Below are positions 36,098-45,898 of a DNA stretch of 64,000 nt, piece by piece (position 1 is the stretch's first letter; each line of letters opens with the position of its first letter). Source of the DNA: Vicinamibacterales bacterium (GTDB taxonomy: Bacteria; Acidobacteriota; Vicinamibacteria; Vicinamibacterales; UBA8438). The stretch spans positions 1,945,704-2,009,703 of the forward strand of contig CBDBMV010000002.1 of assembly GCA_965207665.1 (NCBI GenBank), in the 5' to 3' direction. Under the pieces are notes generated by a model. The model saw nothing but the letters and a program-made list of their open reading frames with translations. It made no database searches and was not told where the DNA came from. Both the position numbers and the translations under genes were made by a program.

Positions 36098-36616
36098 TCA
36101 GTTTCCCGATCGGCCGAGCTGCGGATCCGGGTACGGCTTGATGACGCGTTGCTTGATGCGCCAGCCGTCCGCGGTCCTGACGAAGACGTCCTCGTAGTGG
36201 CCGGCGCTGGAAACCGTGGGCGGCGTAGCCGCGACGTCGAGCAGCATGTAGTAGGTGCGTCCGGTCGCGCCGTCGGCCGTCGGCGTGAGCACGACGCCAT
36301 TCGTCCAGTGCCGCCTGCTGCTCGCGCCCCCGCCCGGAACGCGCGTGGAGCGCCGGTACTCCCGGAGCCGATCGTGACCGACGAACGACTCGCCATCGGG
36401 ACGCGTCCAGGAGCCGTCGGGAGTCCACTGGGAGACCCACAGGTCGCTGTCGTTGAAGTCCGCTCCCTGGTTCAGGCTCGTCAGGATGTGCCGGATCTCG
36501 GCCTGGTCCGCCGGAGTGAGCTGCATGGCCGTCCCGCCGCCCTGTGCGCCGGCCGGGCCGCCGCCCGCGAGCACCATCCCCAGCAGCGCGGCCACCGCGA
36601 TCATCTGTCTATGCAT
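36098..36616 (-). CDS. Secreted SnoaL-like / NTF2-fold protein
   Basis: MHRQMIAVAALLGMVLAGGGPAGAQ signal. ...AEIRHILTSLNQG...WTPDGSW...GHYEDVFVRTADGWRIKQRVI has the pattern of SnoaL_4/NTF2-like proteins. Confidence 0.5.
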   Translation of the reverse strand: MHRQMIAVAALLGMVLAGGGPAGAQGGGTAMQLTPADQAEIRHILTSLNQGADFNDSDLWVSQWTPDGSWTRPDGESFVGHDRLREYRRSTRVPGGGASSRRHWTNGVVLTPTADGATGRTYYMLLDVAATPPTVSSAGHYEDVFVRTADGWRIKQRVIKPYPDPQLGRSGN

Positions 36617-36694
36617 GACGCCTCCTCTGCCATCCGCGTAATCGACCGTGATTACATCACACTGGAGCAATTCGAAGAGACGACGAGTTGGACG

Positions 36695-37882
36695 TCAACC
36701 CGCTGAAACCGGCGCCGCCCGGACGGCGCCGGCGACGACGTCGATGAGCGCGTCGAGGTCCGCGGCGTCGTTGTACAGGTGCGGCGCGACGCGGATGGCG
36801 CCGCCGCGCAGCGAAACCGACACCTGCCGCGCGGCGAGGCTGCGGCCAAGCTGCGCGATGTCCACGTCGGCTGGCAGGCGCACGCCCAGCAGGTGTCCGG
36901 CGCGCCAGCGCTCGTCCTCGATGCGGCAGCCCAGCTCGCGGAGCCGATCCGCCGCCGCGGCGGTCAGGGCGCGCGTGTGCGCGGCGACCGTTTCCGGCCG
37001 CCATTCGCGCACCTGCTCGAGGGCGGCTTCGAACATGGGCAGCAGAATGAAGTTCGATCTCTCGCCGACGTCGTAGCGGATGGCGCCCGGCCGATAGTCG
37101 TCGCGGTAGTTGACCAGCTCGTTGAAGCGGTCGCTGGCGGGGCGGGTGATCCAGTTCTCCTCGAGCGGCGTACCGCCGTCGAAGGTGGGACCGAACCAGG
37201 CCGCGCCGACGGAGTAGGGGCCGGTCAGCCACTTGTAGCCGGCGCAGGCCAGGGCGTCGGGCCGGATGCGCCCGACGTCGAACGGCAGCGCCCCGACCGA
37301 CTGCGTCCCGTCGATGACGAAGCGGGCGCCCACGGCGCGCGCCCGCGCGCCGATCGCTTCGAGGTCGAAGCGCAGCCCGTCGGTCCAGTGCAGCTCCGGA
37401 ACGGCAACCACCGCCGTCCGCTCGTCGATCGCGTCGAGCAGGGCGGCGTTCCACGCCTCGGCGCGCGAGGCGGCGGTGTCCGGCGCGGCGACGGTCCGCA
37501 GCGTGGCGCCCGCCTCGCGGCCGGCGCGCCGCCAGGTGTAAACGACACTCGGGAACTGCTCCTGGACGACTACCACCGTCTGTCCAGGCGCGAGCGGCGT
37601 GTTGCGTGCAATCGTCGCCATGGCGTACGAAACCGACGGAATGATCGCCACGCGGTCCGGGTCGGGCGCGCCGATGATGTCCGCGAAGAGCCGGCGGACG
37701 CGCGCGCCAGGCTCGAAGAAGTCCGGCACTCCGAGCCGGGCGGGCGCCTCTATGCGCTCGATGGCCCGGCGTCCGGCCGCGGCGACGTGCTTCGAGGCCG
37801 GCGCCATGAACGCGCAGTTGAGGTAGTGCGACTCGGCCGGCAACGAGAAGAGCGACCGGTATGCGCCTGGTTGAGGCCCCAT
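36695..37882 (-). CDS. Aminotransferase class-V fold PLP-dependent enzyme (cysteine-desulfurase/isopenicillin-N-epimerase-like)
   Basis: SLFSLPAESHYLNCAFMAPASKHV..., FVIDGTQSVGALPFD, ACAGYKWLTGPYSVGAAW (Lys-containing PLP block), VSVSLRGGAIRVAPHLYN. No signal peptide. Confidence 0.75.
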   Translation of the reverse strand: MGPQPGAYRSLFSLPAESHYLNCAFMAPASKHVAAAGRRAIERIEAPARLGVPDFFEPGARVRRLFADIIGAPDPDRVAIIPSVSYAMATIARNTPLAPGQTVVVVQEQFPSVVYTWRRAGREAGATLRTVAAPDTAASRAEAWNAALLDAIDERTAVVAVPELHWTDGLRFDLEAIGARARAVGARFVIDGTQSVGALPFDVGRIRPDALACAGYKWLTGPYSVGAAWFGPTFDGGTPLEENWITRPASDRFNELVNYRDDYRPGAIRYDVGERSNFILLPMFEAALEQVREWRPETVAAHTRALTAAAADRLRELGCRIEDERWRAGHLLGVRLPADVDIAQLGRSLAARQVSVSLRGGAIRVAPHLYNDAADLDALIDVVAGAVRAAPVSAG

Positions 37883-37959
37883 GCCTCCAGCTTAGCAGCC
37901 GCAGGTACGGGCGCCGGGGCCGGAAGTTCCGACCGGTCTCCGCGCAACTCGGCGTTCGG

Positions 37960-39948
37960 CTATGGCTCCGCCGGCGTGTACCAGATGGGGGAGCTCCAGG
38001 CGCGTTCCTTCACGGTCGGCGGGTCGGATGGGGGCGGCGCCATGCCGCGCGCCAGCGCGCGGTGGGTCGTCCACCGGCAGGTCGGGTTCTCGAGCACCCG
38101 GACGTAGTAGAACGCCCGCTGCGCGGGATCGAAATCCGGGTCGGTCCAGGTGGTGCTCAGCTCGGCGGCGCCCAGATCGGTCGAATAGCTGCAGTCGGAC
38201 AGGTCCACCGTGGCGCCGTTGTCCGCGCAGCGGCGGGTCTGCGGGTCGGGCTCCAGCCCGTCGGCGCAGGCGACGTCGTAGACCTGCTCGGCCGTCTGTA
38301 CGCCTGAAGGGGCGAACGGCGCCGAGGGCTCGCCGGTCTCGGCCCAACCCTTGACGATCTGGATCTTCTGCAGGTTCGCGCTCGCGGGGTCCCTCATGGC
38401 CCAGACGACGAAGCGGGGGCCGTCGAGGGTATCGCCGCCGGGCGGGTCCGGCAGGTCCGAGCCCATCGGCACGCCGCCGGCGTATGCCGCCTCCAGCATG
38501 TCTCGCCGGGTATCGAGGTCGGCGGGGTAGTCCCAGCCCGCGAAGAAGCGCACGGGGATGCGGGGACCGCTGTTGCCAAAGGTCTCGCGGCGGCGCAGCG
38601 CGTCGAAGATGGCGTCGCGCGTATTGGCATCGGCCCACACGCCGACCAGGCCGCCGGGATTGTTGGCGTTGCCGCCGTCGGGCCGATCGCCGAACCAGGC
38701 CGGGCCGCTGTCGGCACCCCGGCCCAGCATGCCGGAGCCGATGCCGCCGCTGGTGCCGAACTTGACCGGCCGGGTGGCGAATTCTTCCTCGTCGGCCGCT
38801 CCCGCGAGGCTCTGGTGGTCGTCCGGGCTGGCGATGAAGCCGAACTTGAACGGATTCACGCCGTAGTCGGCCTCCAGCCGCAGGCCGGCCTTGAGCGCGT
38901 TGCGGACGTAGTCCGACGCGGTGGCGCAGCCCCCGCGCTCGCCCGGCTCGCAGATGGGCTGGTAGGTCTCGAAGTTGCATTCCTCGTCCGTGGTGCCCAG
39001 CCCCACGTAGCACTCGGAGTTGCCCTTGATCTGGTGAATCTCGACCAGCGGCTCGGTCCGGGCGCGCAGGCGCAGCGTCTGCGGCGTATACGGTATCCAT
39101 GCGTATTCCTCGAAGGCCGAGCCGCCGCTCAGGTTGGAGTTGTGTGGAATCGCCAGCACCTGGCAGTCGCCAGTACACGCCTCCTCGAGCCATTTCCAGA
39201 GCCGCTCGGGACGGTTCTCCATCGCGACGGATGAGCCGCCCCACTCCGGCACGGCGCCACCGCGGAAGATGACGTTGCGGTGCAGGTGGCCGAAGCCGGG
39301 CGGGTTGGCCGTCCATTCGTACGCCGGAAAGGTGGTGAAGCGCCCCGGCTCGTTGAACGCGTCCGCGTTGCGCTGCACCGCGTGCCACTGGTGCCGCGCG
39401 CGCTCGTAGCACTTGTTGTCGGCGGACATGGCGGGCTCGTTCTGGCCGCAGATGTCGGCGGGCACACGCCCGCGCGCTTCGAAGTCCCCGTAGCCGAACC
39501 AGGCGCTGGCGCGGATCTGCTCGCAGGTGGGCGTGGCGTAGGCGGCATCGCTCTCGTCCAGGCACAGGTGGACGGTGCCGAGCCAGATGTCGTGGTCGGT
39601 CACCGCCATGAAGTCGAGAGGCACCCGCAACTGCAGCGTCCGTCCGTCGGCCGTCGTCACCTCCTCGCCCCGGCCGAAGCGGTACGCCATGGAGGGGTCG
39701 TTGCGGTTGCCGCCCAGCGAATAGGCGTCCAGGGACCAACTGCTGTGCACGTGGAAGTCGCCGTAGTAGGCGTTGCGCAGCGGGTTGCGCTCTACCTCCG
39801 GGGCGGCGGTGTCCGCCGCCGCGGCCGGTTGTGCCTCTTCTCCGCCGGGCGCATCCTGCTCCGGCCCGGCGCAGCCGGCCGCAAGCAGCGGCAGGCAGAT
39901 GGCCGCAAATGTCACGCCGCCGAAGAATCGAGAGCGCTTGCACCGCAT
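37960..39948 (-). CDS. DUF3604/PHP-like lipoprotein, array copy 1 (subtype A)
   Basis: Lipobox LLAAGC. NPLRNAYYGDFHVHSSWSLDAY, DFMAVTDH, HRNVIFRG, ACTGDCQVLAIPHNSNLSGG, EIHQIKGNSEC, FKFGFIASPDDHQS, NPTCRWTT, ERAWSSPIWYTP. Start ATG 39948 (or GTG 39954). Confidence 0.75.
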   Translation of the reverse strand: MRCKRSRFFGGVTFAAICLPLLAAGCAGPEQDAPGGEEAQPAAAADTAAPEVERNPLRNAYYGDFHVHSSWSLDAYSLGGNRNDPSMAYRFGRGEEVTTADGRTLQLRVPLDFMAVTDHDIWLGTVHLCLDESDAAYATPTCEQIRASAWFGYGDFEARGRVPADICGQNEPAMSADNKCYERARHQWHAVQRNADAFNEPGRFTTFPAYEWTANPPGFGHLHRNVIFRGGAVPEWGGSSVAMENRPERLWKWLEEACTGDCQVLAIPHNSNLSGGSAFEEYAWIPYTPQTLRLRARTEPLVEIHQIKGNSECYVGLGTTDEECNFETYQPICEPGERGGCATASDYVRNALKAGLRLEADYGVNPFKFGFIASPDDHQSLAGAADEEEFATRPVKFGTSGGIGSGMLGRGADSGPAWFGDRPDGGNANNPGGLVGVWADANTRDAIFDALRRRETFGNSGPRIPVRFFAGWDYPADLDTRRDMLEAAYAGGVPMGSDLPDPPGGDTLDGPRFVVWAMRDPASANLQKIQIVKGWAETGEPSAPFAPSGVQTAEQVYDVACADGLEPDPQTRRCADNGATVDLSDCSYSTDLGAAELSTTWTDPDFDPAQRAFYYVRVLENPTCRWTTHRALARGMAPPPSDPPTVKERAWSSPIWYTPAEP

Positions 39949-39979
39949 CGTCACACCTCCCGTGCTGCGGCCGCCGCGG

Positions 39980-41971
39980 CTATTGCCCCGCGGGCGTGTA
40001 CCAGATCGGCGAGCTCCACGCCCGCTCCTTGATAACCGGCGGCACGTCGACCGCCAGCTCGGCGCCGCTCTCCAGTGCGCGCCATGTCGTCCAGCGGCAG
40101 GTGGGATTCTCGAGCACCCGGACATAGTAGAACGCCCGCAGGGACGGATCGAACTCCGGGTCGGTCCAGGTTGCGCTCAGCTCCGCCGCGCCCGCGCCGC
40201 CCACCGTGCTGCAGTCGGCCAGGTTCACCTGCGCACCGTTGTCCGCGCACCGCCGCGTCCCGGGGTCCGGCGGTTGGCCATTGTCGCACGCCACGTCGTA
40301 TACCCGCTCGGCGGTGCCGCCGTCCGGGTCGTCCCAGCCCTTGACGATCTGCAGCTTCTGCAGGTGGGCGCTGTTCGCGTCGCGGGTGGCCCACACGACG
40401 AATTGCGGTGCGTCAGCGCCGCCGGTCGCCGCCGGCAGGTCGCCGCCCATCGGCACGCCGCTGCGGTAGCCCTCTGCGACCAGGTCCGGGCGCGTATGCG
40501 TGTCGGCCGGCAGTTCCCAGCCGCCGAAGAAGCGGATCCGGATGCTCGGGCCGCTCGTGGCGAACGTCTCGCGCCGCCTGAGGGCGTCGAAGATCGCGTC
40601 GCGCGTATTTTCTTCGGCCCAGACGGCGGCCAGGCCACCCGGATTGTTGACGGGCGTGCCCAGCGTCAGGGAGCGGAGCTCGGGATTGTTGAGGATGGTG
40701 CTCGGCGTCGTGGCGCCGATCTCGCCGAAGAAGCTGCCCTGCCACGCAACTTCGTCGACCGACCCCGACATGCTGCGGTGGTCGTCGGTGCTGCCGATGA
40801 TGCCGTACTTGAACGGGTTGATGCCGTGCTCAGCTTCGACCTCAAGACCGGTCTTGAGGGCGTTACGGACGAGGTTGGACGCGACGGTGCACCTGGCCAC
40901 GACCTGTTGCGGATTGGACGGCATCGTGTCCGGGTCGCAGGGCTCGAACACCTGCTCGAAGTTGCACTCCTCGTCCGAGGTGAGCAAACCGGATGCACAC
41001 TCCGAGTTGCCCTTGACCTGGTGGATTTCGATCAGCGGCTCGCGCCGCGCCCGCCGCTCGAGGATCTCGGTGGTGAACGGGGTGCCGTCGGCGTTGTTGG
41101 GCGCCAGCGCGACGCCCATCCCATAGTTGGTGTTGTGCGGAATGGCGATCACGTCGCAGTCGCCGGTGCACGCCGCGTCCATCCACTCCCAGAGCCGCTC
41201 CGGCGTATGCCGCGTGGCGACCGATGTCCCGTTGTCCCACGGTGGGATGTCGTCGCCGCGGAAGAATACGTTGCGATGCAGCATACCCCCGCTGGCCGAC
41301 TGCACCGCGGTGAACTCGAAGGCGGTGAACGTCGTGAACACGCCCGGCTCGTAGTAGGCGTCGGCCATCTCCCGAATCAGCGTCCACTGGTGTGCGGCGC
41401 GCTGGTCGCAGCGGTTGTCCGGACCGGGTTCCGCGCTGCCGCAGAACTCCGGGTCGCGCCGCGACTGGAGCCACGCGCCGCGGATGCGGGCAAAAAACGC
41501 CCCGCGGCTGCCTGACTCGAGCTCTCCGCACACGGCGAGGTCGCGGGTGGGCGCCTCGGGATCCTGGCAGAGCAGCACTTCGCCCATCCAGCCGGCGTGG
41601 TCGGTCACCGCCATGAAGTCGAGCGGCGTGCGCAGTTGCCCGCGCAGATTGCCGTCCGTGTCGGTGATCGGGTCGCCCCGGCCGTAGCGGTAGGCCACCG
41701 AGGGGTCGTTCTGCATCGGGTGGCCGAACGCCCAGGCGTCGAGCGACCAACTGCTGTGAACGTGCAGGTCGCCGAAGTAGGCGTTGCGGAGCGGGTTACG
41801 ATCCACTTCCGGGCCAGCCGGTGCATCCGTCGTGCCCGCCGGTTCTGCCTCCTGACCGCCGGGAGCGTCCTGCACGGGTCCCGCGCAGCCGGCCGCAAGC
41901 AGCAGCGGCAGGCAGATGGCCGCCAATTTCTCACCGCCGGGAAATCGACAGCGCGTACACCGCATCGTCAA
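39980..41971 (-). CDS. DUF3604/PHP-like lipoprotein, array copy 2 (subtype B)
   Basis: Lipobox LLAAGC. YFGDLHVHSSWSLDAWAFGHPMQNDPSVAYRYGRGDPITD, DFMAVTDH, AIPHNTNYGMG, EIHQVKGNSEC, FKYGIIGSTDDHRSMSGS, ERAWSSPIWYTP. Confidence 0.75.
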   Translation of the reverse strand: MTMRCTRCRFPGGEKLAAICLPLLLAAGCAGPVQDAPGGQEAEPAGTTDAPAGPEVDRNPLRNAYFGDLHVHSSWSLDAWAFGHPMQNDPSVAYRYGRGDPITDTDGNLRGQLRTPLDFMAVTDHAGWMGEVLLCQDPEAPTRDLAVCGELESGSRGAFFARIRGAWLQSRRDPEFCGSAEPGPDNRCDQRAAHQWTLIREMADAYYEPGVFTTFTAFEFTAVQSASGGMLHRNVFFRGDDIPPWDNGTSVATRHTPERLWEWMDAACTGDCDVIAIPHNTNYGMGVALAPNNADGTPFTTEILERRARREPLIEIHQVKGNSECASGLLTSDEECNFEQVFEPCDPDTMPSNPQQVVARCTVASNLVRNALKTGLEVEAEHGINPFKYGIIGSTDDHRSMSGSVDEVAWQGSFFGEIGATTPSTILNNPELRSLTLGTPVNNPGGLAAVWAEENTRDAIFDALRRRETFATSGPSIRIRFFGGWELPADTHTRPDLVAEGYRSGVPMGGDLPAATGGADAPQFVVWATRDANSAHLQKLQIVKGWDDPDGGTAERVYDVACDNGQPPDPGTRRCADNGAQVNLADCSTVGGAGAAELSATWTDPEFDPSLRAFYYVRVLENPTCRWTTWRALESGAELAVDVPPVIKERAWSSPIWYTPAGQ

Positions 41972-41990
41972 ACCTCCCAGGCTGCTGCTG

Positions 41991-43910
41991 CTAGCGCGCC
42001 GGCGGCGTGTACCAGATCGGGGAGCTCCAGGCGCGTTCCTTCACCGCCGGCGGGTCGGACGGGGGCGGCGCCACGCCGCGCGCCAGCGCCCGGTGCGTCG
42101 TCCAGCGACAGGTCGGGTTCTCCAGCACCCGCACATAGTAGAACGCCCGCAGCGCCGGGTCGAAATCCGGGTCGGTCCAGGTGGTGCTCAGCTCGGCCGC
42201 GCCCAGGTCGGTCGGGTAGCTGCAGTCCGAGAGGTCCACCGTGGCGCCGTTGTCGGCGCAGCGGCGCGTCTGCGGGTCCGGCTCCAGGCCGTCCGCGCAG
42301 GCGACGTCGTAGACCTGCTCGGCGGTCTGCCCGTCGGCCTCGGCCCATCCCTTCACGATCTGGACCTTTTGCAGGTTCGCGCTGTACGGATCCTTCATCG
42401 CCCAGACAACGAAGCGCGGGCCGTCGCCGGCGTTGCCGTCCTGTGGCTCCGGCAGGTCGCCGCCCATGGGCACGCCGCCGGCGTACGCCGCTTCGAGCAT
42501 GTCGCGGCGGGTGTCGAGGCCGGCGGGGTAGTCCCAGCCGGCGAAGAAGCGCACGTGGATGCGCGTGCCGCTGTTGCCGAACGTCTCGCGGCGGCGCAGG
42601 GCGTCGAAGATCGCCTCGCGCGTGTTGGCCTCCGCCCACACGCCAACCAGGCCGCCGGGATTGCTGCGGTTGCCGCCGTCTTCCCGGTCGTCCCACCAGC
42701 CTGCGCCGCCCAGCGCCTGTCCTACCAGCGGGAGGCCGCCGCCGGTGCCGAACTTGACCGGCTTCTCCGTGAAGTCGTCCTCGTCCGTCGCGCCCGGCAG
42801 GCTCTGGTGGTCGTCCGGGCTGGCGATGAAGCCGAACTTGAAGGGATTGACGCCGTAGTCGGCCTCGAGCCGCAGGCCCGTCTTCAGCGCGTTGCGGACG
42901 AGGTCCGGCGCATGGGCGCAGCGGCTCTGCTGGCCCGGCTCGCAGACGGGGTAGTAGTTCTCGAAGTTGCACTCCTCGTCCGTGGTGCCCAGGCCGCGGT
43001 AGCACTCGGAGTTGCCCTTGATCTGGTGGATCTCCACGAGCGGCTCGGCCCAGGCGCGCAGGCGCAGTATCTCCGGCGTGAACTGTGTCCAGCCGAACTC
43101 GCCGAACGCCAGACCGCCGCTCAGGTTGGAGTTGTGCGGAATGGCGACCACCTGGCAGTCGCCGGTGCAGGCCGCGTCCAGCCACTCCCAGAGCCGCTCG
43201 GGGCGGTTGCCCATCTCTACGGCCGCGCCACCCCACTCCGGCACCGCGTCGCCCCGGAAGATGACGTTGCGGTGCAGGTGGTTGCCGCCCGGGGTGGTCG
43301 TCCATTCGTACCCCGGGAAGGTGGTGAACACGCCCGGCTCATAGAATGCGTCCGCGGTCCTCTGGATCTCGTGCCACAGGTGCCGCGCCCGCTCGTAGCA
43401 CTTGTTGCCCGAGTCCATCGTGGCCGCGCGCTGCCCGCAGATTTCGGCCGGCCGCTGTCCCCGGCCCTCGTGCGTCCGCGGGGTGAACCAGGCGTTGGCG
43501 CGGAGCTGCTCGCAGGTGGGCGTGGCGTAGGCGGGGTCGCTGTCGTCGTTGCAGAGGTTGACCTCACCGATTCCGACGTCGTGGTCGGTAACCGCCATGA
43601 AGTCGAGCGGCACGCGCAGGCGGTGCACGGTGCCGTCGGCCTTGGTCACCTCTTCGCCCCGTCCGAAGCGGTACGCCAGAGCCGGGCCGTCGCGGTCGCC
43701 GCCCAGCACGTAGGCGTCCAGCGACCACCCGGTGTGCACGTGGAAGTCGCCGAAATAGGCGTTGCGCAGGGGGTTGCGCTCGGGTTCCGCGCCGCCGTCC
43801 GCAGATGTCTCGGCGCCGGTCACCGGAGAGTCCACGGCGGCGGGCGTATCGGGCGCAGATGGGGCGCATGCGGCCGCCACCAGCGGCAGGCAGACCGCCG
43901 CGAATCTCAC
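41991..43910 (-). CDS. DUF3604/PHP-like lipoprotein, array copy 3 (subtype A)
   Basis: GTG at 43910 overlaps the stop of copy 4 (GTGA). VRFAAVCLPLVAAAC lipobox. YFGDFHVHTGWSLDAY, DFMAVTDH, AIPHNSNLSGG, EIHQIKGNSEC, IASPDDHQS, ERAWSSPIWYTP. Confidence 0.7.
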   Translation of the reverse strand: MRFAAVCLPLVAAACAPSAPDTPAAVDSPVTGAETSADGGAEPERNPLRNAYFGDFHVHTGWSLDAYVLGGDRDGPALAYRFGRGEEVTKADGTVHRLRVPLDFMAVTDHDVGIGEVNLCNDDSDPAYATPTCEQLRANAWFTPRTHEGRGQRPAEICGQRAATMDSGNKCYERARHLWHEIQRTADAFYEPGVFTTFPGYEWTTTPGGNHLHRNVIFRGDAVPEWGGAAVEMGNRPERLWEWLDAACTGDCQVVAIPHNSNLSGGLAFGEFGWTQFTPEILRLRAWAEPLVEIHQIKGNSECYRGLGTTDEECNFENYYPVCEPGQQSRCAHAPDLVRNALKTGLRLEADYGVNPFKFGFIASPDDHQSLPGATDEDDFTEKPVKFGTGGGLPLVGQALGGAGWWDDREDGGNRSNPGGLVGVWAEANTREAIFDALRRRETFGNSGTRIHVRFFAGWDYPAGLDTRRDMLEAAYAGGVPMGGDLPEPQDGNAGDGPRFVVWAMKDPYSANLQKVQIVKGWAEADGQTAEQVYDVACADGLEPDPQTRRCADNGATVDLSDCSYPTDLGAAELSTTWTDPDFDPALRAFYYVRVLENPTCRWTTHRALARGVAPPPSDPPAVKERAWSSPIWYTPPAR

Positions 43911-45877
43911 GGTTCGACAGGCGTGTACCAGATCGGCGAGCTCCACGCGCGTTCCTTCACCGTCGGCGCGTCGGACGGCGCCGGTGGAACGCCGCGCGCC
44001 AGCGCCCGGTGCGTTGTCCAACGGCAGGTCGGATTCTCCAGTACCCGCACATAGTAGAACGCACGCAGCGCCGGGTCGAAGTCCGGGTCGGTCCAGGTGG
44101 CGCTCAGCTCGGCCGCGCCGAGGTCGGTCGGGTAGCTGCAGTCGGACAGGTTCACCGTGGCGCCGTTGTCCGCGCAGCGGCGCGTCTGCGGGTCGGGCTC
44201 CAGCCCGTCGGCGCAGGTGACGTCGTACACCTGCTCGGCGGTCTGCCCGTCCGCTGCGGCCCAGCCCTTCACGATCTGCACCTTCTGCAGGTTCGCGCTG
44301 TAGGGGTCCTTCATGGCCCAGACCACGAAGCGGGGACCATCGCCCGCGTCGCCGCCGGGCGGCTCCGGCAGGTCGGCGCCCATCGGGACGCCGCCGGCAT
44401 ACGCCGCCTCGACCATGTCGCGCCGGATGTCGAGGTCAGCCGGGTAGTCCCAGCCGGCGAAGAAGCGCACGTGGATGCGGGTGCCGCTGTTGCCGAACGT
44501 CTCGCGGCGGCGCAGGGCATCGAAGATGGCGTCGCGCGTGTTGGCCTCGGCCCACACCCCGACCAGGCCGCCGGGATTGTTCGGGTTCCCGCCGCCGTCC
44601 CGGTCGCCGAACCAGTCGTTTGCGGTGCGGCCCTGGCCGATGAGACCGAGGCCGCCGCCCGTGGCGAACTTGAATGGCTTGACCGTGAAATCGTCCTCGT
44701 CGGTGGCGCCGCCGAGGCTCTGGTGGTCGTCGGTGCTGCCGATGAACCCGAACTTGAACGGATTGACGCCGTAGTCGGCTTCCAGCCGCAGGCCGGCTTT
44801 CAGCGCATTGCGGACGAAGTCCGGGGCGTTCATGCACCCCTGGCGCTGCCCAGGCTCGCAGGCTGGCCAGCGGTTCTCGAAACCGCACTCCTCGTCCGTG
44901 GTGCCGAGACCGAGGTAGCACTCCGAATTGCCCTTGATCTGGTGGATCTCGACGAGCGGCTCGGCCCAGGCGCGCAGCCGCAGCATTTCCGGCGTATGCG
45001 GCGCCCAGCCCGAGTCGGCGAACGCCAGCCCGCCGCTCAGGTTCGAGTTGTGCGGAATGGCGACCACCTGGCAGTCACCGGTACAGGCCGCGTCCAGCCA
45101 CTCCCAGAGGCGCTCGGGGCGGTTGCCCATCTCGACGGCCGAGCCGCCCCACTCCGGCACCGCGTCGCCCCGGAAGATGACGTTGCGGTGCAGGTGGCCG
45201 TAGCCCGCCGGGAACGCGGTCCATTCGTAGCCCGGGAAGGTGGTGAAGCGCCCCGGCTCGTTGAACGCGTCGGCGTTGCGCTGGATCTCGTGCCACAGGT
45301 GCCGCGCCCGCTCGTAGCACTTGTTGCCGTCGGTCAGCGTGGCCTCGCCCTGGCCGCAGATCTCGGGCGGCAGCCTGCCCAGCCCTTCGAACTGCGACAT
45401 GCGGAACCAGTTGTTGGCGCGCACTTGCGCGCAGGTCGGCGTGTCGTAGGCGGCGTCGGTCTCGTCCTCGCAGAGATGCACCTCGCTGAACCAGATGCCG
45501 TGGTCGGTCACGGCCATGAAGTCCAGCGGCACGCGCAGGCGGTGCACCAGGCCGTCGGCCGTGGCCACCTCCTCGCCGCGCGCGAAGCGGTACGCCAAGG
45601 CGGGACCGTCGCGGTTGCCGCCCAGCACGTAGGCGTCCAGCGACCAGTTGGTGTGCACGTGAAAGTCGCCGAAGTAGGCGTTGCGCAGCGGATTGCGATC
45701 GATCTCCACACCGCCGCCGGTCGGAGAATCTGTCTCGACCGCCGGCGCATCGTCCGTCGCGGGGGTTTCTGGTCCGGTTCCGCCGCACGCCGCCGCCAGC
45801 AGGGCGATCCCAATCAACGGCAGCCAGCGCGCAGCAGGCCGCGTGAGGTAGGTCCGTCGTGGTCGCTGTGGCTGCAT
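43907..45877 (-). CDS. DUF3604/PHP-like lipoprotein, array copy 4 (subtype A)
   Basis: LIGIALLAAAC lipobox. YFGDFHVHTNWSLDAY, DFMAVTDH, AIPHNSNLSGG, EIHQIKGNSEC, FIGSTDDHQS, ERAWSSPIWYTP. Confidence 0.75.
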   Translation of the reverse strand: MQPQRPRRTYLTRPAARWLPLIGIALLAAACGGTGPETPATDDAPAVETDSPTGGGVEIDRNPLRNAYFGDFHVHTNWSLDAYVLGGNRDGPALAYRFARGEEVATADGLVHRLRVPLDFMAVTDHGIWFSEVHLCEDETDAAYDTPTCAQVRANNWFRMSQFEGLGRLPPEICGQGEATLTDGNKCYERARHLWHEIQRNADAFNEPGRFTTFPGYEWTAFPAGYGHLHRNVIFRGDAVPEWGGSAVEMGNRPERLWEWLDAACTGDCQVVAIPHNSNLSGGLAFADSGWAPHTPEMLRLRAWAEPLVEIHQIKGNSECYLGLGTTDEECGFENRWPACEPGQRQGCMNAPDFVRNALKAGLRLEADYGVNPFKFGFIGSTDDHQSLGGATDEDDFTVKPFKFATGGGLGLIGQGRTANDWFGDRDGGGNPNNPGGLVGVWAEANTRDAIFDALRRRETFGNSGTRIHVRFFAGWDYPADLDIRRDMVEAAYAGGVPMGADLPEPPGGDAGDGPRFVVWAMKDPYSANLQKVQIVKGWAAADGQTAEQVYDVTCADGLEPDPQTRRCADNGATVNLSDCSYPTDLGAAELSATWTDPDFDPALRAFYYVRVLENPTCRWTTHRALARGVPPAPSDAPTVKERAWSSPIWYTPVEP

Positions 45878-45898
45878 GGCTGGGCCTCCCCGGGCTGC